A stretch of DNA of 64,000 bases, taken from NCBI GenBank assembly GCA_964035545.1, contig OZ037773.1:7965751-8029750 (forward strand), written 5' to 3'. A program made the translations under genes and the position numbers. A model generated the notes under the pieces. That model was not told where the DNA came from and ran no database searches. It saw nothing but the letters and a program-made list of their open reading frames with translations. Positions 48,801 to 63,500 of the stretch are shown piece after piece. How positions within the stretch are numbered: the first letter of the stretch is position 1; each line of letters begins with the position of its first letter. This stretch comes from Bugula neritina. Taxonomy: Eukaryota > Animalia > Bryozoa.

Positions 48801-51800
48801 TGTACACTAATAAACTACATGCTTTATGTGTCATGTAATATCTGTATGACTATCAACCACATGCTTTATGTGTCACATAATTTCTACATGGCTATCAACC
48901 ACATGCTTTTTGTGTCATGTAATATCTGTATGGCTATCAACCACATGCTTTATGTGTCATTTTATATATGTATGGCTATCAACCACATGCTTTAGGTGTC
49001 ATATCATATCTGTATGGCTATCAACCACATGCTTTATGTGCCATTTTACATATGTATGGCTAAAAACCACATGCTTTATGTGTCATGTCATATCTGTATA
49101 CCTTCAGTTTACGGCTTTGCTAAGGCTTCCTGGTTCCATGCCAACAGGAGAAAAGAAAGAGAGGGTAATGGAGTTGGTAGATGCACTGGATATGAATAAG
49201 TTCCTCCACACAAGTATGTACAATTCTTTCCAATTTATTCTCAGCAAATATGGCTTGATTCTTTTCAAAGTTTTTCTCACTGCTATAAAATTAATTCCAA
49301 AGTTTACAGGCAACTGCTGTAAAGGTTCAAAAAACTTTAACTGAATTACCAAAGGGAAACTAAAAATATAATCGTTGGTAGGTTGATCTATTTAATTTCT
49401 TTATTGTAACTACATTTTACTGTAAAAGTAACTGTAGTACCACTATTTTAATTTTATAATGTTCCATAATACTTGTTTCATTCATACAAATTGTCAACTT
49501 TATTTTTAAGCCACAATTGAGTCAGATGTCTACAGCCAATTGTGTTAATTACTTATGGTAACTACATGTTGGGTCTTGAACCGCAAGAAATGTTGAAACC
49601 AACAGACATTACTTAAATACTTTTGCAGCTTCTAAAGATTAATATTTGCAAGAAAGGCTCTTATCCGTTCAGAACTTTCTGATTCAGAGGATGCAAAGTT
49701 TCTAATTTGAAAGCTCTACACTAATTTTTGTCTTCAAACTGAATAAAATCAACTCTCTCTTAACTTAGAACGCACATTTTTTTAATAGACTGTATAAACT
49801 CTGTTGCTTAGAAGACGTTTGTATAAAGTCTGAAAACTTAGTGATGTGTGTTGGAGTTAAAGCTGTTGCAATAAATGATGCATGCTCTAACTGTGCAGGG
49901 ATTGGTGATGCCAATGTGAGAGGTCTTTCTGGAGGGGAGAAGAAGAAGACAACTATAGCCTGTGAACTATTAACTAACCCTGCTCTCATGTTACTAGACG
50001 TAAGTATACCTGCCCTTACTATATGTAGCCTGGGAACTAGCCGTTTCTACTCGCTAATCATACTGATTATAATATATATGTGTTCATTTATACATATGTG
50101 TATCAGAGAGGGTGGTGCTTTATAGGAACCCACATCTGGTTTAGACTCCTCAAATGCTTTTAGTCTGTGTACCACATTGAAAAAGTTTGCTAAGGACTCA
50201 GGCAAGATATTGATTGCATCTATACATCAACCTTCAAGTCAAATATTCAACATGTTTGACAAGCTATTACTACTCTGTGATGGTAAAATGGCATATTTTG
50301 GTAAAGTTGAAAACTGTGCAGAACATTTTGCGTCTCTGGAGTTGCCCTGCCCTGCTAATTACAACCTGGCTGATCACATACGTAAGTATCATAAAGTGCA
50401 TTATCAGCTCGGATATAGTGAAGTGTTGCTTTATTTAAAAGTGAATAAATTTCAGTTTTATATCCTCAAATTTTATGAAGTTGTCTGTTCTTGAATGATG
50501 CTAATACATAGCTGCTAATACCTATGACACAGATAATGAATAATGTTTACATTGAAAGATTAAATCATACTAAAATTATGAACACTTTTTTAATGGAATT
50601 GTTGATGGCATTTTTGATTGTAATTGTTTGTTACATAATTGTAGTGGATCAGGTAAAAGGAGCCCAGCATGTAAAAGAAATTATCTATGCCGGTGCTGTA
50701 GAAGAAAGGTGAGATAGCTCTAATACTCAACCTTACATAATGTGGCTCCTAGAAGCAGTCAAACACGGCCCTGCAGTACTCCTAAGGCTACCTGTTGGGA
50801 TTCAAGGATTTATCTTGTAGCATATTGATTTATTTGCTACTTTTCACCAAGCTTCGTGGTGTATTGGTGTATAGCTAATGCCGATCCAATTATTTTCCAG
50901 TGGCTTTATAAAAGGCCTTTAACATTGAGAGTTACTTAATAATTTAAGATACAATATTTTGCTGTCAAATCCAAACATCAAATAACAATTTACCAGAAAA
51001 ACCAGAATCCTATATTGATTACACTTACTTATAACATTACCAATTCTTCAAATTTCTTTTCTGTTATTTCTTTGGCCATTATTTTTCTAACAATAACCCC
51101 ATAAACAATTAGTAATGCATCTGTTTTGCTTTCTAGAAAAGATTATTGGCTGATTATAAAAAGCAAGATCTTTTTGAATTCTAAAGGACTAAAAGCCAAA
51201 GGGGCTCAAAAAACTGAGACTGAGCAGAAGAAAGTGATTTCCAAGTTAACAAGTATGTATCTTAGAGAGTTCAATGTGTACTCGGAGGATCTCTTTTCTT
51301 GTTTGTGTGTTCTGTTCAGCAGTATAAATGTGCTAAACACTGCAATACTGAAAGCTATAGTGTGTGAAATTGTGTTTGTAACTTTGTGATGTAAGCTTGT
51401 TACCATAGTGATAAAAAATACAAGATAGTTTCTGAGTATAGCTGCTCATTCTATCGAAGACGGTAAATTGAATTTAAGTAGTGTTTATCATTGATCATAT
51501 TTATTTTTAATACAGAAGTTAAAGCTGTGCATGCATCATGTCTGTAAATTATATTAAACACTAGCTAAATTAATTTTTCTTACTGAACATTGTCAACGAA
51601 GTATAATATAAAGGAAGACAAATCATGCAAGGGTAAATTTGACATGCAGCTTATATAGCTTCGTTACAGCTGCATTCAAGTTAACATTTATTCACTAATA
51701 GATTTAAAACTGATACTATTTAAAACTTCAAAAATAAAAGCTACTAACCACTGACTACTACTAACAGAACTAAACAGCTCCTTACTCTGATAGTTTTATA

Positions 51801-54800
51801 TACAACTGATAACTAAACAACACCTCTTTCTTTCAGGTCCTGTGACTAAGCCTGATGAACAAGAGGCTGACGATGATTACACGAAGTATAGAGAGGAATA
51901 CGAGGCACAGTGGCCTACAGGGTTTCTTCATCAGTTCACTGTGTTGTTCCAGAGGTGAGTCATTTTTTTTAGCACCAAGAAGTTTATCAGTTTGAATTTA
52001 AGGAAATAAAACAGTAATTGTGCATTATTCGTATAGTGTAAATTTATTAATAAAAAGTTGTTCTAGTAAATGAGTCTTCTTTCAATTGTACTTACATTTA
52101 TGTACTAAAATCTTTAGTAAAGTTTTGTATTAGAGCTACTAGATGGTAAGGTGTAAGTCTGCTAGCTGGCAATGCGAAAGTCTATTAGGTGGTAAGGTAG
52201 ACTATATTGAATGCCAATACTTGAGCGTACATATTTTCAGATCCGTGAGGTACTCCTTCTTTAGGATTTACTCCAAATGGCAAGTTTTGAAAATTCTGAG
52301 TCTCTCGTTTCTCCTGGGGATGATGTGGTTTCAGATTGAACCCACTGAGAGACAAATTTCTAACCGCCAGGGAGTTGTGAGTTTCAATTCTTCATTTAAT
52401 TAAGGAGTTTATATTATAAATATTTACAAGAGATATGGCTCAGCTAATCATAATGCCTCTTTGTTGTATATATATTTGTAATTAATGTTTCCATGTTATT
52501 TTCATTATTTGTATAGAAAATAAAACCAGAAACAGATATATAATGCTATATGATCTGCCACACACTACAATTATCTTCCGGCACATACTATTTTCTCGTT
52601 TCCATGGTGACTGGTAACATATAGCAAAACTAAGTTTAGTTGGATTTAACATAAGAATTTCTCTGCATTGTCTTTAGTGACATCTGTTGTTTATTACTTT
52701 TGTAGGCATTTTTCTTTTTGGTGGTTAGCTCGTTTGAATCCTTGCTGGATTCGGTACTATCAGGTAACACAGCTTATACATACTCACCTGGTACAATAGT
52801 CTATAACTCAATTAGCATTAGTAACCTACCAGTAACTATTCATAAACCTACACATAATACAGTATATTCAATGTTATGATTTCAATCAGACACCCACAGC
52901 TTCTTTTTGCATTTTGCATTATTAACTCTGAATGGCATTGACATTTTTTTATGTAACTTTATAAATATGGAAACGTCAACATTGTCCAGTGGCCAACTGC
53001 TTACAAGGCAGTCACTTCAAAAAACTCTGAAAGTGTTAACCTAAGTTATTGCCATGCTAGGCAAATATAATACAGTTAGTTGGTTAATTGTTTGAGCCAA
53101 TTGTCTTTTTAGGCATTCATAATAATATATATTTAGTAACTCTATATTGCTTGAAGACATCATATTTAACTGTAATATGAATTGTATTTTAATAGTAGTA
53201 TTTGGTAATGGTATGCTTGAATTTTATATTATGATATTTTACAGCTTTCCATGACAGACTTGTAGTGAATAAGGAGCGTCTAGCCGGATACTACAGACTG
53301 TCTGCTTACTTTTTAGCAAAGAATCTTAGCGAAATACCCCTTTTGTTTGGGCTGTTCGGTCTCCTCTTCACCATCATATTCTTGTTATCCAGCATCAGTC
53401 TCTACTTTACAGACTACATCAAAATGTTGCTCATATTTCTACTGAGTGCCATCAATGCACATGTATGTGTTTCCTGTTTCCATTTCTTCAGTGTTCATAG
53501 ATTAAACCCTGTTGGCATGTTTAATGCTGTTAGTATAGAAGCACATTGTGCAGCTTGTAGGAGTTTAATACAACAGCAGCTAAACACTACTTTGCTGTAT
53601 TTCACTGATGTAACATTTCATCAATCAACTTCATAGCTGAACCCTCAGAGTTTCTGCTAGAGTTAAAGTTATATTGTATATAATACTCTATTCTTGTGTT
53701 GTACTGCGTACATCACTTTAGTATGCTGTGGTATACTGTATATATTACTATAGCACTGCGTTATACTGTATATATTACTATAATACTGTGTTATACTGTA
53801 TACATATATAGAACTAAAGTACTGTGGTATACTGTGTATATTACAGTATTATACACTATATATGATTATATTACTGGGTTATACTGTATATATTATTATA
53901 GTACTGTGGTATACTGTATATATTACTATAGTACTGTGTTATACTGTATATATCACTACTATAGTACTGCGTTATACTGTATATATTACTGTGTTATACT
54001 GTGTATATTACTATAGTACTGCGTTATACGATATATATTACTATATAATACTGTATTATCCTTTGTATATTACTATATTATTGCGTTATACTGTATATAT
54101 TACTGTGTTACACTGTATATATCATTACTATATTACCACAGGGTGTCGGAGGGTTAGCATTCACTGCCTTCATAGACCTGAGTCCATCTCTAGCTAGCTC
54201 CAGTACCGTAATCTTAGTCTTTACGGCAGCTGGTAGCTTTTACACCAATCACCTGCCTTTCTGGATGGAGTGGATAAAATATGTATCCTTTATGTCACAC
54301 GCCTTCTACTCTGTCCTTATTGTGCAATACTCTGGCACAAGACTCAGGTTGGTCAATGTGCTAGGAAATTTCTAAAAGGGAGTTGTTATGCAATGTGACG
54401 TACCTTACTTACTGGGTGGCAACTTACTAGCAAGATAATTTTTTTGTTTCTGGCCCAGTACACAATACCTGAACACTCTATTTACTGCTAAACTTGACTA
54501 GTTATTTTTTCACTTTAGAAATGTAGTGATAGAGCCGAGTGGAAGACACATCTTTTCTTGATGAAAATTTATAACTGTTTAAATTTTTAGTACTGCACGT
54601 ATTTGTTTTAAAACAGTTGAATATTTTACACTTTGATTATGTATTAGTTTCAAGAAGCTACATATATATTGAAGTCACTGTGTAACTCATTTTGATGTTG
54701 TTTCAGATGCAACTCTGAACGTAGCGCTTATTCCTCGTGTCAAGGAAGCTCTTCTGCTGTGTACTCCGTCAACCAATCAGTTTTCTCTCTCACTAACCAA

Positions 54801-54971
54801 TCAGAGGTAATCAAGTACATCTCCACAGAAGACCTTCTTGTTTCCCACACTCTGGCTGCAGAAGGCTGGACAATATACTATCATATTCTCGTTCTGATCA
54901 CCTCTGCTGTGATACTCAAAGCAATTACTTACTTACTCCTACGATTTGCCAGAAATCCTCAAGTATCGTAA
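45830..54971 (+). CDS. ABCG: ABCG half-transporter, paralog B, ~674 aa
   Basis: 14 exons: 45830-45882, 47402-47559, 48570-48739, 49108-49213, 49899-49999, 50126-50381, 50645-50708, 51137-51252, 51837-51954, 52241-52376, 52706-52763, 53245-53462, 54142-54347, 54707-54971 (2025 nt). Walker [35 protein letters not shown]. Intron positions match paralog A. Confidence 0.93.
48810..49100. repeat. 42-bp minisatellite (GCTATCAACCACATGCTTTATGTGTCAT...), ~7 units
   Basis: Fills ABCG-B intron 3 up to the acceptor; only ~2 units in the homologous ABCG-A intron (39612-39710). Confidence 0.9.
53720..54135. repeat. Intronic minisatellite (GTTATACTGTATATATTACTATAGTACT-like) abutting an ABCG-B acceptor
   Basis: Directly visible; reverse-complement homolog at 35397-35630. 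Confidence 0.9.
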
Positions 54972-57311
54972 TTCGTAACTCTATACAGATAGTCATAATA
55001 ATTTCTATCCTGCATCTTTATAAAAATTTTACTTATCTTAAATGTTCAACTTTTATAATGATAGATAGCTAAATAGCTCTCTACATGGTTCAGCAAGAAG
55101 TAACACTGAGATTTAATAGTCTCCAGGCACAGGATGGTTTATATTTACCACAGATAGCATCAAATACTTATAGAATTGTGTATCAATTTTATACTTGTTT
55201 TATTGTTCAGATGTAATTAAAATTTATTTCAAAAATTTATTAACATGCGCCTAGAAATATGAACAGCTGCATAAATAGTGTTAGTATTGCTGGTGTCAGA
55301 TTGAATATGAAATTTTTCCATCAACATTTTTAGCTTTTAACATCTTAACTTTATTTGTCCTCTTTTGTTTCTGGTGAAGCAAACAGCTTCAATCTTATCA
55401 CTTCTGTTCTACTATTCTTCTGTGTTTTACAAAAGACATCTGAAATTCATATAATATATTTTTTTCTGCTGTCTCAAGAAATTTTATCATATGTAAAAAA
55501 ACTTCAAACAGCTATCAAGCTGTAAATTCAAAGCAAACAAGCATTCCATTTAATAATGGAGTGCGGTGGTCATATTGCTTTTATATAAGATTAACCAAAG
55601 CTACCATTGAGCTATGTATCTTTGTTAGCTTTTCATTGCATCCTGTTACTGTCGGCCTGCTTTTATGACATTTCATGATATGAACTTTAATAAACTTTGG
55701 GTAATATGAGTACTTTGCAAAAAAGTATTTTCTCATCTTAGAAGTTTTCTTATCCTGTATACTGCAAGGGCTGAGTTTAATTTTATTTCTATGTATGCTT
55801 TATTATTATAATATAATTTATAAATTCTAAAATTTAAATTAGCAAATAAGAAAACTTTATTTAATGTCGAATTTCTGCTAGGTTTTGCTCACTGTTGAGC
55901 GTATAATGCGTATAATACAAGCTCTACTTTTATTAAGCTTCAGAAACATATTTGTAAGTTCAATGTGTTCAAATGCACAAGCATGAACGTCCAAGCATAA
56001 CTTCAGCATTCTTCAAGTGTGATGGCACCATCACAAATGGAAATTGGCACTATTAACTTTTCTTGTTATATAACTACTTTATCAGATAATAATGTAAGAA
56101 CAAATATCATATTATTCTTTGCTTGGCAGTTGTCAGAGTGATTTAAAAGTTTTAAAAATATATCATTGCTAATGTTATGTGTTGAATATCAAGAGTGCAG
56201 TGGCTTTACTCATTTTGCTAAACTTCTGCATGCTGCTGTCAGGTGTCAACCTCTACTTGAGCCGTGTCTGATAATAACAAAAGGTAATATCATTGTGTGT
56301 ACTTGCCTTTAAGATTGTAGCTTTCAGATTTCACGTATTAACTATTTATAGTGTTTGCTTGTGAAAGAGGTAAAAGCTAGCTAAAAAGTTAAAAAATGAA
56401 TAGTTATTAAGACTTTAATTAAAAGCTAGCAAATATTACTCCCATTATAGTTGTTATGCTGTTTCCTTGGCATGAGTCAGCTAAGTGGAGTATGCTACCA
56501 GCTTTAAATGTAAGGGGGAAGTTTAGAACACATATTTTTTATGAGGATAGAACTATTGTTAATGCTGTCTTGTTTGTCATGAGTAACCAGTCAGCTATGA
56601 GTCACAACAGAAAGGTGTTTGTGAGTGCTGATTTCACTGGCTTATGTGTTGGTGACTAAGAAGTTTGAGTGTAAAGGAAGAAAAAGGCAGCAATGAGGTG
56701 AACCTCACCATAAAAGAAGATGAGAAAGCCTTTAGATATGTCTAAAATTTTTCTCATCTTATCTTAGACTTGGCTACAAAAGAAGAGAAAGCACTAGTCA
56801 GCTGTTTATAGAGAGATGAACAACAGACAGTGGCAAAGTCAGTGCTTTTTTCAGCTTCTTGATAAACTGTTTGTTATATATCTTTAAGAAGTGTCTAAAA
56901 TACAGTTACTTGGTGCTATTTATAGAAGCAAGAGGTCATTGCTCGTCATCCTGATACTTTTAGATTTGCATAGAAAACAAATTACACGTGAAGAATTAAT
57001 TTACTGCATGAGTTACTTGGCTCTGAATGTACTAAACATGTTTGAAATACTGCCATATGATTCGTATAGCTTATTGGGTTAACTATGCACAAAATAGTTA
57101 TAAAATATTCATGAATAGCTAGTTTGTTGTCGTCGGCCAATCCTAACACTGGAGGAGTGATTTATATAAACAGTTGAGCTTTTTCTTTCTTTAATCAGAT
57201 ATATAGGTGGAGCCAGTAAAGAGTGTAATGTTTGTTGATAGCTCAAAGTCTTGTTTTTGGCAAGTTGGGTTGTTTTTAGTCTAAATAAAACTGCTTCTAA
57301 ATGTTATATAA

Positions 57312-57312
<1 letters not shown>

Positions 57313-57363
<51 letters not shown>

Positions 57364-57482
57364 TTATTTATATATATTTATTTATATATATTTATTTATA
57401 TACATATATATATATTATATTTATTTATATATATATTATATTTATTTATATACATGTATATATTATATTTATTTATATATTA
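57313..57482. repeat. (TA)n microsatellite followed by a TATT-rich tract
   Basis: About 22 perfect TA units, then degenerate; ends ~50 bp upstream of the ABCG-C ATG. Confidence 0.95.
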
Positions 57483-57529
57483 GCAGCTAGTACTGTAGTG
57501 TACACGGTATTCATTAGTTTATAGATAAC

Positions 57530-60500
57530 ATGGAGCCTGAAATGTCTGGTACAGAAAATAAAGGTTATACGGAGACTCAACCGTAAGCTCTATACTTACA
57601 CATATTGTGAGTACACATGTACTATATTATAGTATATGTGTAAATATTATACATACACATACTATAGTATGTGTAAGTATTATTTATACACATGCTATAA
57701 GTACATCATGTTTACACAGAGAGAAATATTAGTGCAGCGCTTGCACTAAAGTTGTTCAAAGAGCCTTTTATTGTCGGTATAGCCTGCACCACACCTCTAA
57801 TAGTTGTTAGACCTGCACTTATTTTGATGAAATTGAAAATTAATCCGATTAGTGTAAGCTGAAAAATATTTTGTAGTAGCTCTGAAACCACTTAGTTGTT
57901 AAGTCAAAGCTACTTTTCACAAGTATTACGTAATCATCATCCCTAGGTCTGAATGAAGCTAAACAGTAGTTGATAGGAGCAGAAAGTGAGATCAATGCTA
58001 CAACTACATATGTTCAAGCAAAATTTTATTTACATAAGAATTATGGAACAATTGGCAGTTGTTCACCTAACAACATTATTCGTTCACATGTGCACTAATG
58101 ATGATCACAAACCTTTATAGGAAGCTAAGATAGAGTTGAACCCTACATTTGGGTCATTTCAATTGGTGCTTCCCAGTTAGATGCTATTTATACATTTTAC
58201 ATGCAATTTATTTGAACACTATTGAAATATATGTGTATTTAAATAAATTTGAGTCAATTGCTTTTTATAATTGGCACAGAAATAAATTTCTTTGCTCTGA
58301 ATAAACTTATCAATTTTGCATTTTCTATATTTTTTGTTTTTTGGAAAAAAATGTTTTTATTAATGCATTTAATGCTTTTTTTCAACACAAATTTGGGAAA
58401 ATTTAAATATTATTGCAAATATATCATATTAATGGTTATAATTTATGTTTAGCAATCAATATGAAAGTTATATAAGGGTATATAGGTATATAATACTTAG
58501 TACCAAAACAAAAAATACAACCTAACTGGGGAGCATATAAGTGAAATGAAACTCCTTCAACCTACTAGCTGTTTATGATTTGTAAATTTTTTTGAACCCA
58601 AGACATTTTCAAATAGCTTGTTACCAGACTACTATTAAACATCGCCCCACTCCGTTTATCAAAGACTTAAGTTGAATTTATCAACAAAAAACTTCAACTG
58701 CACATATCTCTTGCATGGGTAGTTTAGGCTTCACTAGTCAATTTCATTCATGGAAAGGAAAGCCAACTAATTTAAAATGTGTGTAAAAGAGAGATCGGGG
58801 AGATGCACCATTAAACTTCAATGTACTCAGTTATCAGCAAATGTGTTTCAAACAAGAAGCTTAAAATTAACAATGAAGCAAGCTACTGAATAGTCAATTG
58901 TGGATCAGGTGAACCACTTCAAAAGCCTAAGTAACTTGTGTAAACTACCTGGTGGAACAAAAGGAGATGTTGCATAACAGAGCTATAGTAAAGAAATATT
59001 TAAATTGTAATTCAAAGGCAAGAAACTGGCTTACCAAGCATCGAAAGAGCAAAACAAAGGTTATTACATAACAGCACATCGTTTTCATTCACGGCTATTG
59101 ACAGAAGAAATATTTTGCCAGCATAGTGAACACCAGAGGCTCAGACTAAGAGGTTGTGCTTTGAGATTCAGTGAATTTGTGCTTCCAAACAACTTCACAA
59201 CATGGAAAACATTGAATCATTTCATCAAATGGGTAAAGATTGCAGCTACCTCTCAGAGATAGAAGATGATCACTTTCTTTCAGAGTTAGGAACTGAAGTT
59301 GTCATTGCAGCAAAAGGTAAGCTCAATCATTTGCTTAACGTTGTCATTTTATATCACAATGACGGTATGACTATTGCTGTAGACAGATAATTGAATTAAT
59401 TGTGCAACTATAACTTTTAAGAGACCACATTGACTGATATTTCCCAAACTACTCTATTCCTATATCAATTTGATACGAGTTTTCCTGTAACAATCTATTT
59501 TCAAAAAATTTAGCGTTTTATTTCCACTTCACCTTCTAGCAATTTGTGCTAAATTCATTAATTTGAATTCCCCCCCCCCATTGTAGAAGTATTGTTAATA
59601 ATGCAGTTTAGCAGCCTACAAGTAGTTATTAGCCTTAAGCAGCTGCCAAGCTAGCTTCTTGTTTTATAGCTAAGTACCAAAATGCCAATATTAGTGGTGA
59701 GTTGGCAAAGTTGGCAAAATCTTTTATTAACTTCCGTGCTACCAGTTTATTCTTTTATTTGTCTTTGCACAGCACAATTAAATATAAAAACATGTTTAAG
59801 TAGCAATATCTGTCTTGGTAGTACTTTATTTGTTTTTCAATTTATAGACATACTGAAACTTATCAATATCTGTTATCTCGATATGAGGGGTCCATATAAA
59901 ATGCTGAATCTAGCTTAAATTGTGGTTCACTGACATTTTGAGATAATTTTAATGCAGAGAAGCTTCTATTAACTAAACTAATTATGCCCAACAGCTCTTG
60001 CATTTGTAATTAAGAAAGAAGTAAAATAAAATGATGGCCAAAATTGTTACTAAATTTTGATAAGCTCAAACCAACCCAAACACTACGCAACATAATGATC
60101 ATAAGTTTGCCAAAGCCTGTGTGGTTATTCAGAGTCAAACGATTGGTACGATGGTGCTGAAAATATGCTGAAAGATTCATAGCTAACATCATTGATACTA
60201 TTAGTTTTGGCCTTAGACTTCAGCTTCTTCAAAGTTGAACTTAATTTATTTACGCTGCTTGTGATTGTATATCTTAACTAAATGTTTACTGTTCATACTA
60301 ATACAGTTTAAATATTACCCAACTTTTATCTTTTGTTGTAGATCCCATAACATTTTTTGAGAACATGCACTCAAAGATGCTGCATAGGAGCACAAAAAAG
60401 AATTTGACCGCTACAAAACTTTGAATCATGCTGAGACCTTCAGCCTGCAAGCAGGCGCACTCACCACTACATTACAAGCGTCACTGGGTGCTCTCGACAC

Positions 60501-63500
60501 TACACCTTACCCACTTATCAAGAACTCAGCTGCCTTTTTTAATATACTACTCCTTCAAGTTTCCCTGACCACTCAACTCCTCTCGGAGTACTACCACACT
60601 TCACTAACCGCTGGAATTAGTTATAAAACTTCCCCCTCCCCCTCTCGTACTTGGGTTACTATCACAGACCTCGGACTTGCACACAGGTGCGCTAACCATT
60701 ACACACCACAACTGCTTGGTTATCGCTACACTACAGAGCAAGAATGTAATGGCACACACTATGGTCTTAGCAGGTTCTGCTAATATTGAGAAAAGTTAAC
60801 TGAATTTACAGTCGTAGAAAAATTCTGCAAATGTATATTTCCATGTTTTTTTTCTTATCTTAATCTTTAAAAGTTATTTTTTGTTGCATTTCTTATATTC
60901 AACTATCATATGCAATAAAATCCACATTAATATACTCTCATACTGGTTAGAAGTTATGACAAGTTAGTTCAGAGTGATCAGTAATAATTTTTGCAGAAGC
61001 TTATTTCCAACAAAAATTAGAGCAGCATGGAACATTTATAAGTTCAGCTTTGAATATAACTTAGTTCAGCATTGAGCATATCTAAGATCATCATTGAACA
61101 GAATTAAGATCATCATTAAACATATATAATATCACTATTGAGCATAAATAAGATCACCATTGAATATATATATAAGCTCACCATTGAACAGATATAATAT
61201 CACGATTAAACATAAATAAGATCACTATTAAACATATATAATATCACTATTGAGCATAAATAAGTTCACCATTGAAAATATATAAGCTCACCATTGAACA
61301 TAAATAAGATCACCATTGAACATAACTTGGCTCATTGTGATAAATACAAAGAATCAACTTCACAACTCTTTATATCAACATTGATCTAACATACTATTCA
61401 CTGTGAACAGTACCTGACACTAATTTCTATTCACTGCTGGTCAATTTAGGAGCCAAAAAACGAGCTGTTTTAGTTGTCAGCTAATGTTCACTCTAACACT
61501 AATATTTCTCTCTGTGTATACACAGCATAATTTCCCAAAAGTGGGCCACGCTAATTTTGTTATACATGTTCTGTTATGCTACATACCTAATATAAGATCA
61601 GGTAACAAAAATGTGTCAGAATATCTGAAGCTTGAAGCTTTAAGTTTGTATTTTACAACCATTAACTGAAACTATGCTCAATTTAGGTCATCTTTTAAAG
61701 TCAAACATTTTTTTCTCATTGCAAACTCTCCTATAGCAGCTGTCACCTTTCTTTATATTTTAGTTCTTATACATGTGTTAAACCATCCCTCAGTTGTGTG
61801 TTCAATTGTTATGATTTTTGTGCTAATTCTACCTTATAACTTTACTGTTACTTAATAATTTATTTCTGGAGTAATGTAATGAAAAAGAGCTTTATTTACA
61901 AATTACATCCAAATATACTAAGAAACCACCAGTGTTACAATTTAAAAAGTTTACAGTTTGAAAGAGTTCACAGTTTGGAAGAGCTCCGCCCAACACTGTA
62001 TGAGATGAGAAGACAATTTTAAGTTTATCCTGACTTGTTTACAGGCACACAATTATTTGGTAATATCTTTAGTACCTAGCTTTGAAGGTTGAGAGTTCAA
62101 GTTTTTATTTTCTAAATATAAATTTTAATGATAAACTGATGCCATTCCCTACTTAAATGATTTTGCAATGCCAAACCTATTTTTTAATTTTAAACTCTCT
62201 AAATAGCTTTCACCTTTTTTCATATTAAAGTTCTGATGTTATAAGCCTTTCCCATTGTGTGTTAAAGTTATAGCCTAATTTTTGTGCCGATTCTTTCATA
62301 ACCTTACAGATTTTTAATGACTTCTTTTTGGGGTAATAAACTGAAAAATAATTTTACTCAACAATCGCATCCAAATGCATTAGGAAGCCGCCAGTTTTAC
62401 AATTTAAAATGTTCACAGTTCAAAAGAATTCTGCCCAACACTGTATGAGATGAGAAAACAATTGCAAATTTATTTTGACTTGTTTACAGGCTAACATATA
62501 CTTTTGTAATTACTTTGGTATGCTATATAGTCAAAACAGAGATAAAATATTATGATTTCACTTTTTTAATCGCCATTTGTCACGACAAGTATAGTAATCT
62601 ATGTTGAAAATAAAAACAAATTTTAGCAGTTGGCTAAGAGCATAAATTATACGCTCAATTGAAAAGGAAACACTTGCTTATTATACCACTTTATACGCAT
62701 GCATTCCTTGCCTAGCAACGGGTATCAATGTTTTTTTCTAACCATTGAGTAATACTCCGTGGCGAAACTAAAAAGTAACATTAATTATTCATTAGCCAGC
62801 TTTGACAGACTATAAATCACATCTGGCTATTGACCTTTACTTGCATAATAGTGACGTGTCATGATTATAGCTACATATGAATATTGGTGCATGGGCACTT
62901 TACTTTTGACCAGGCCTTTTTATTGGTTAAAAGAACATCTAAAGATAATATTTCTTTTTATATTACTGCCAATATATTGGTACCAGTATTTTTGTTGCTT
63001 GAAGGTGGATTGCGTTAGTTTGCTTTTTCTATGCAAGAATAGAACTCATTTACCAAAAACACTAAACTCCAAAGTACTGGTAACTGGTAGTCTAAACTTA
63101 GTGTAACATTTTACCAGAATTTCTACCAAAACTACTATCAGAGCTTTTATTTTCTATTTGCAAAATATATAAAGATGTTAGGCTCTACTGTAAAAGTGTG
63201 TTTGACTTCCAATTTTCCTCATATACAACATTAACTCACTTCAGCTCTTGGTTAAATAGTGATAATCAATAGATTAGAAATGACAGTAAATGATTGCATA
63301 TAAAAGGATAGCAGAAGTTACTTTTATGTTTTGCTTCTGTAGTTGTCTCAAATGCCAATTGTGACATCTTAGCCATATATGAACTCTTTCTAATTACTCT
63401 ATACTTGTAGAGGAGACGTACACATAGAGATGGATACAGTTGTTCAGTACCCAGGCTATGAGTTGAAGTTCACAGACCTGTGTGTTAAGATAGACAAGAG

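Noticed and set aside
57830-59400. Possible decayed transposase (CKL...LRNHHP BED-like fragment; ~84-codon open frame at 59011-59262)
   Set aside because: Fragments are interrupted and carry no diagnostic catalytic motif. A TBLASTX/HMM search against Repbase/Dfam would be needed.
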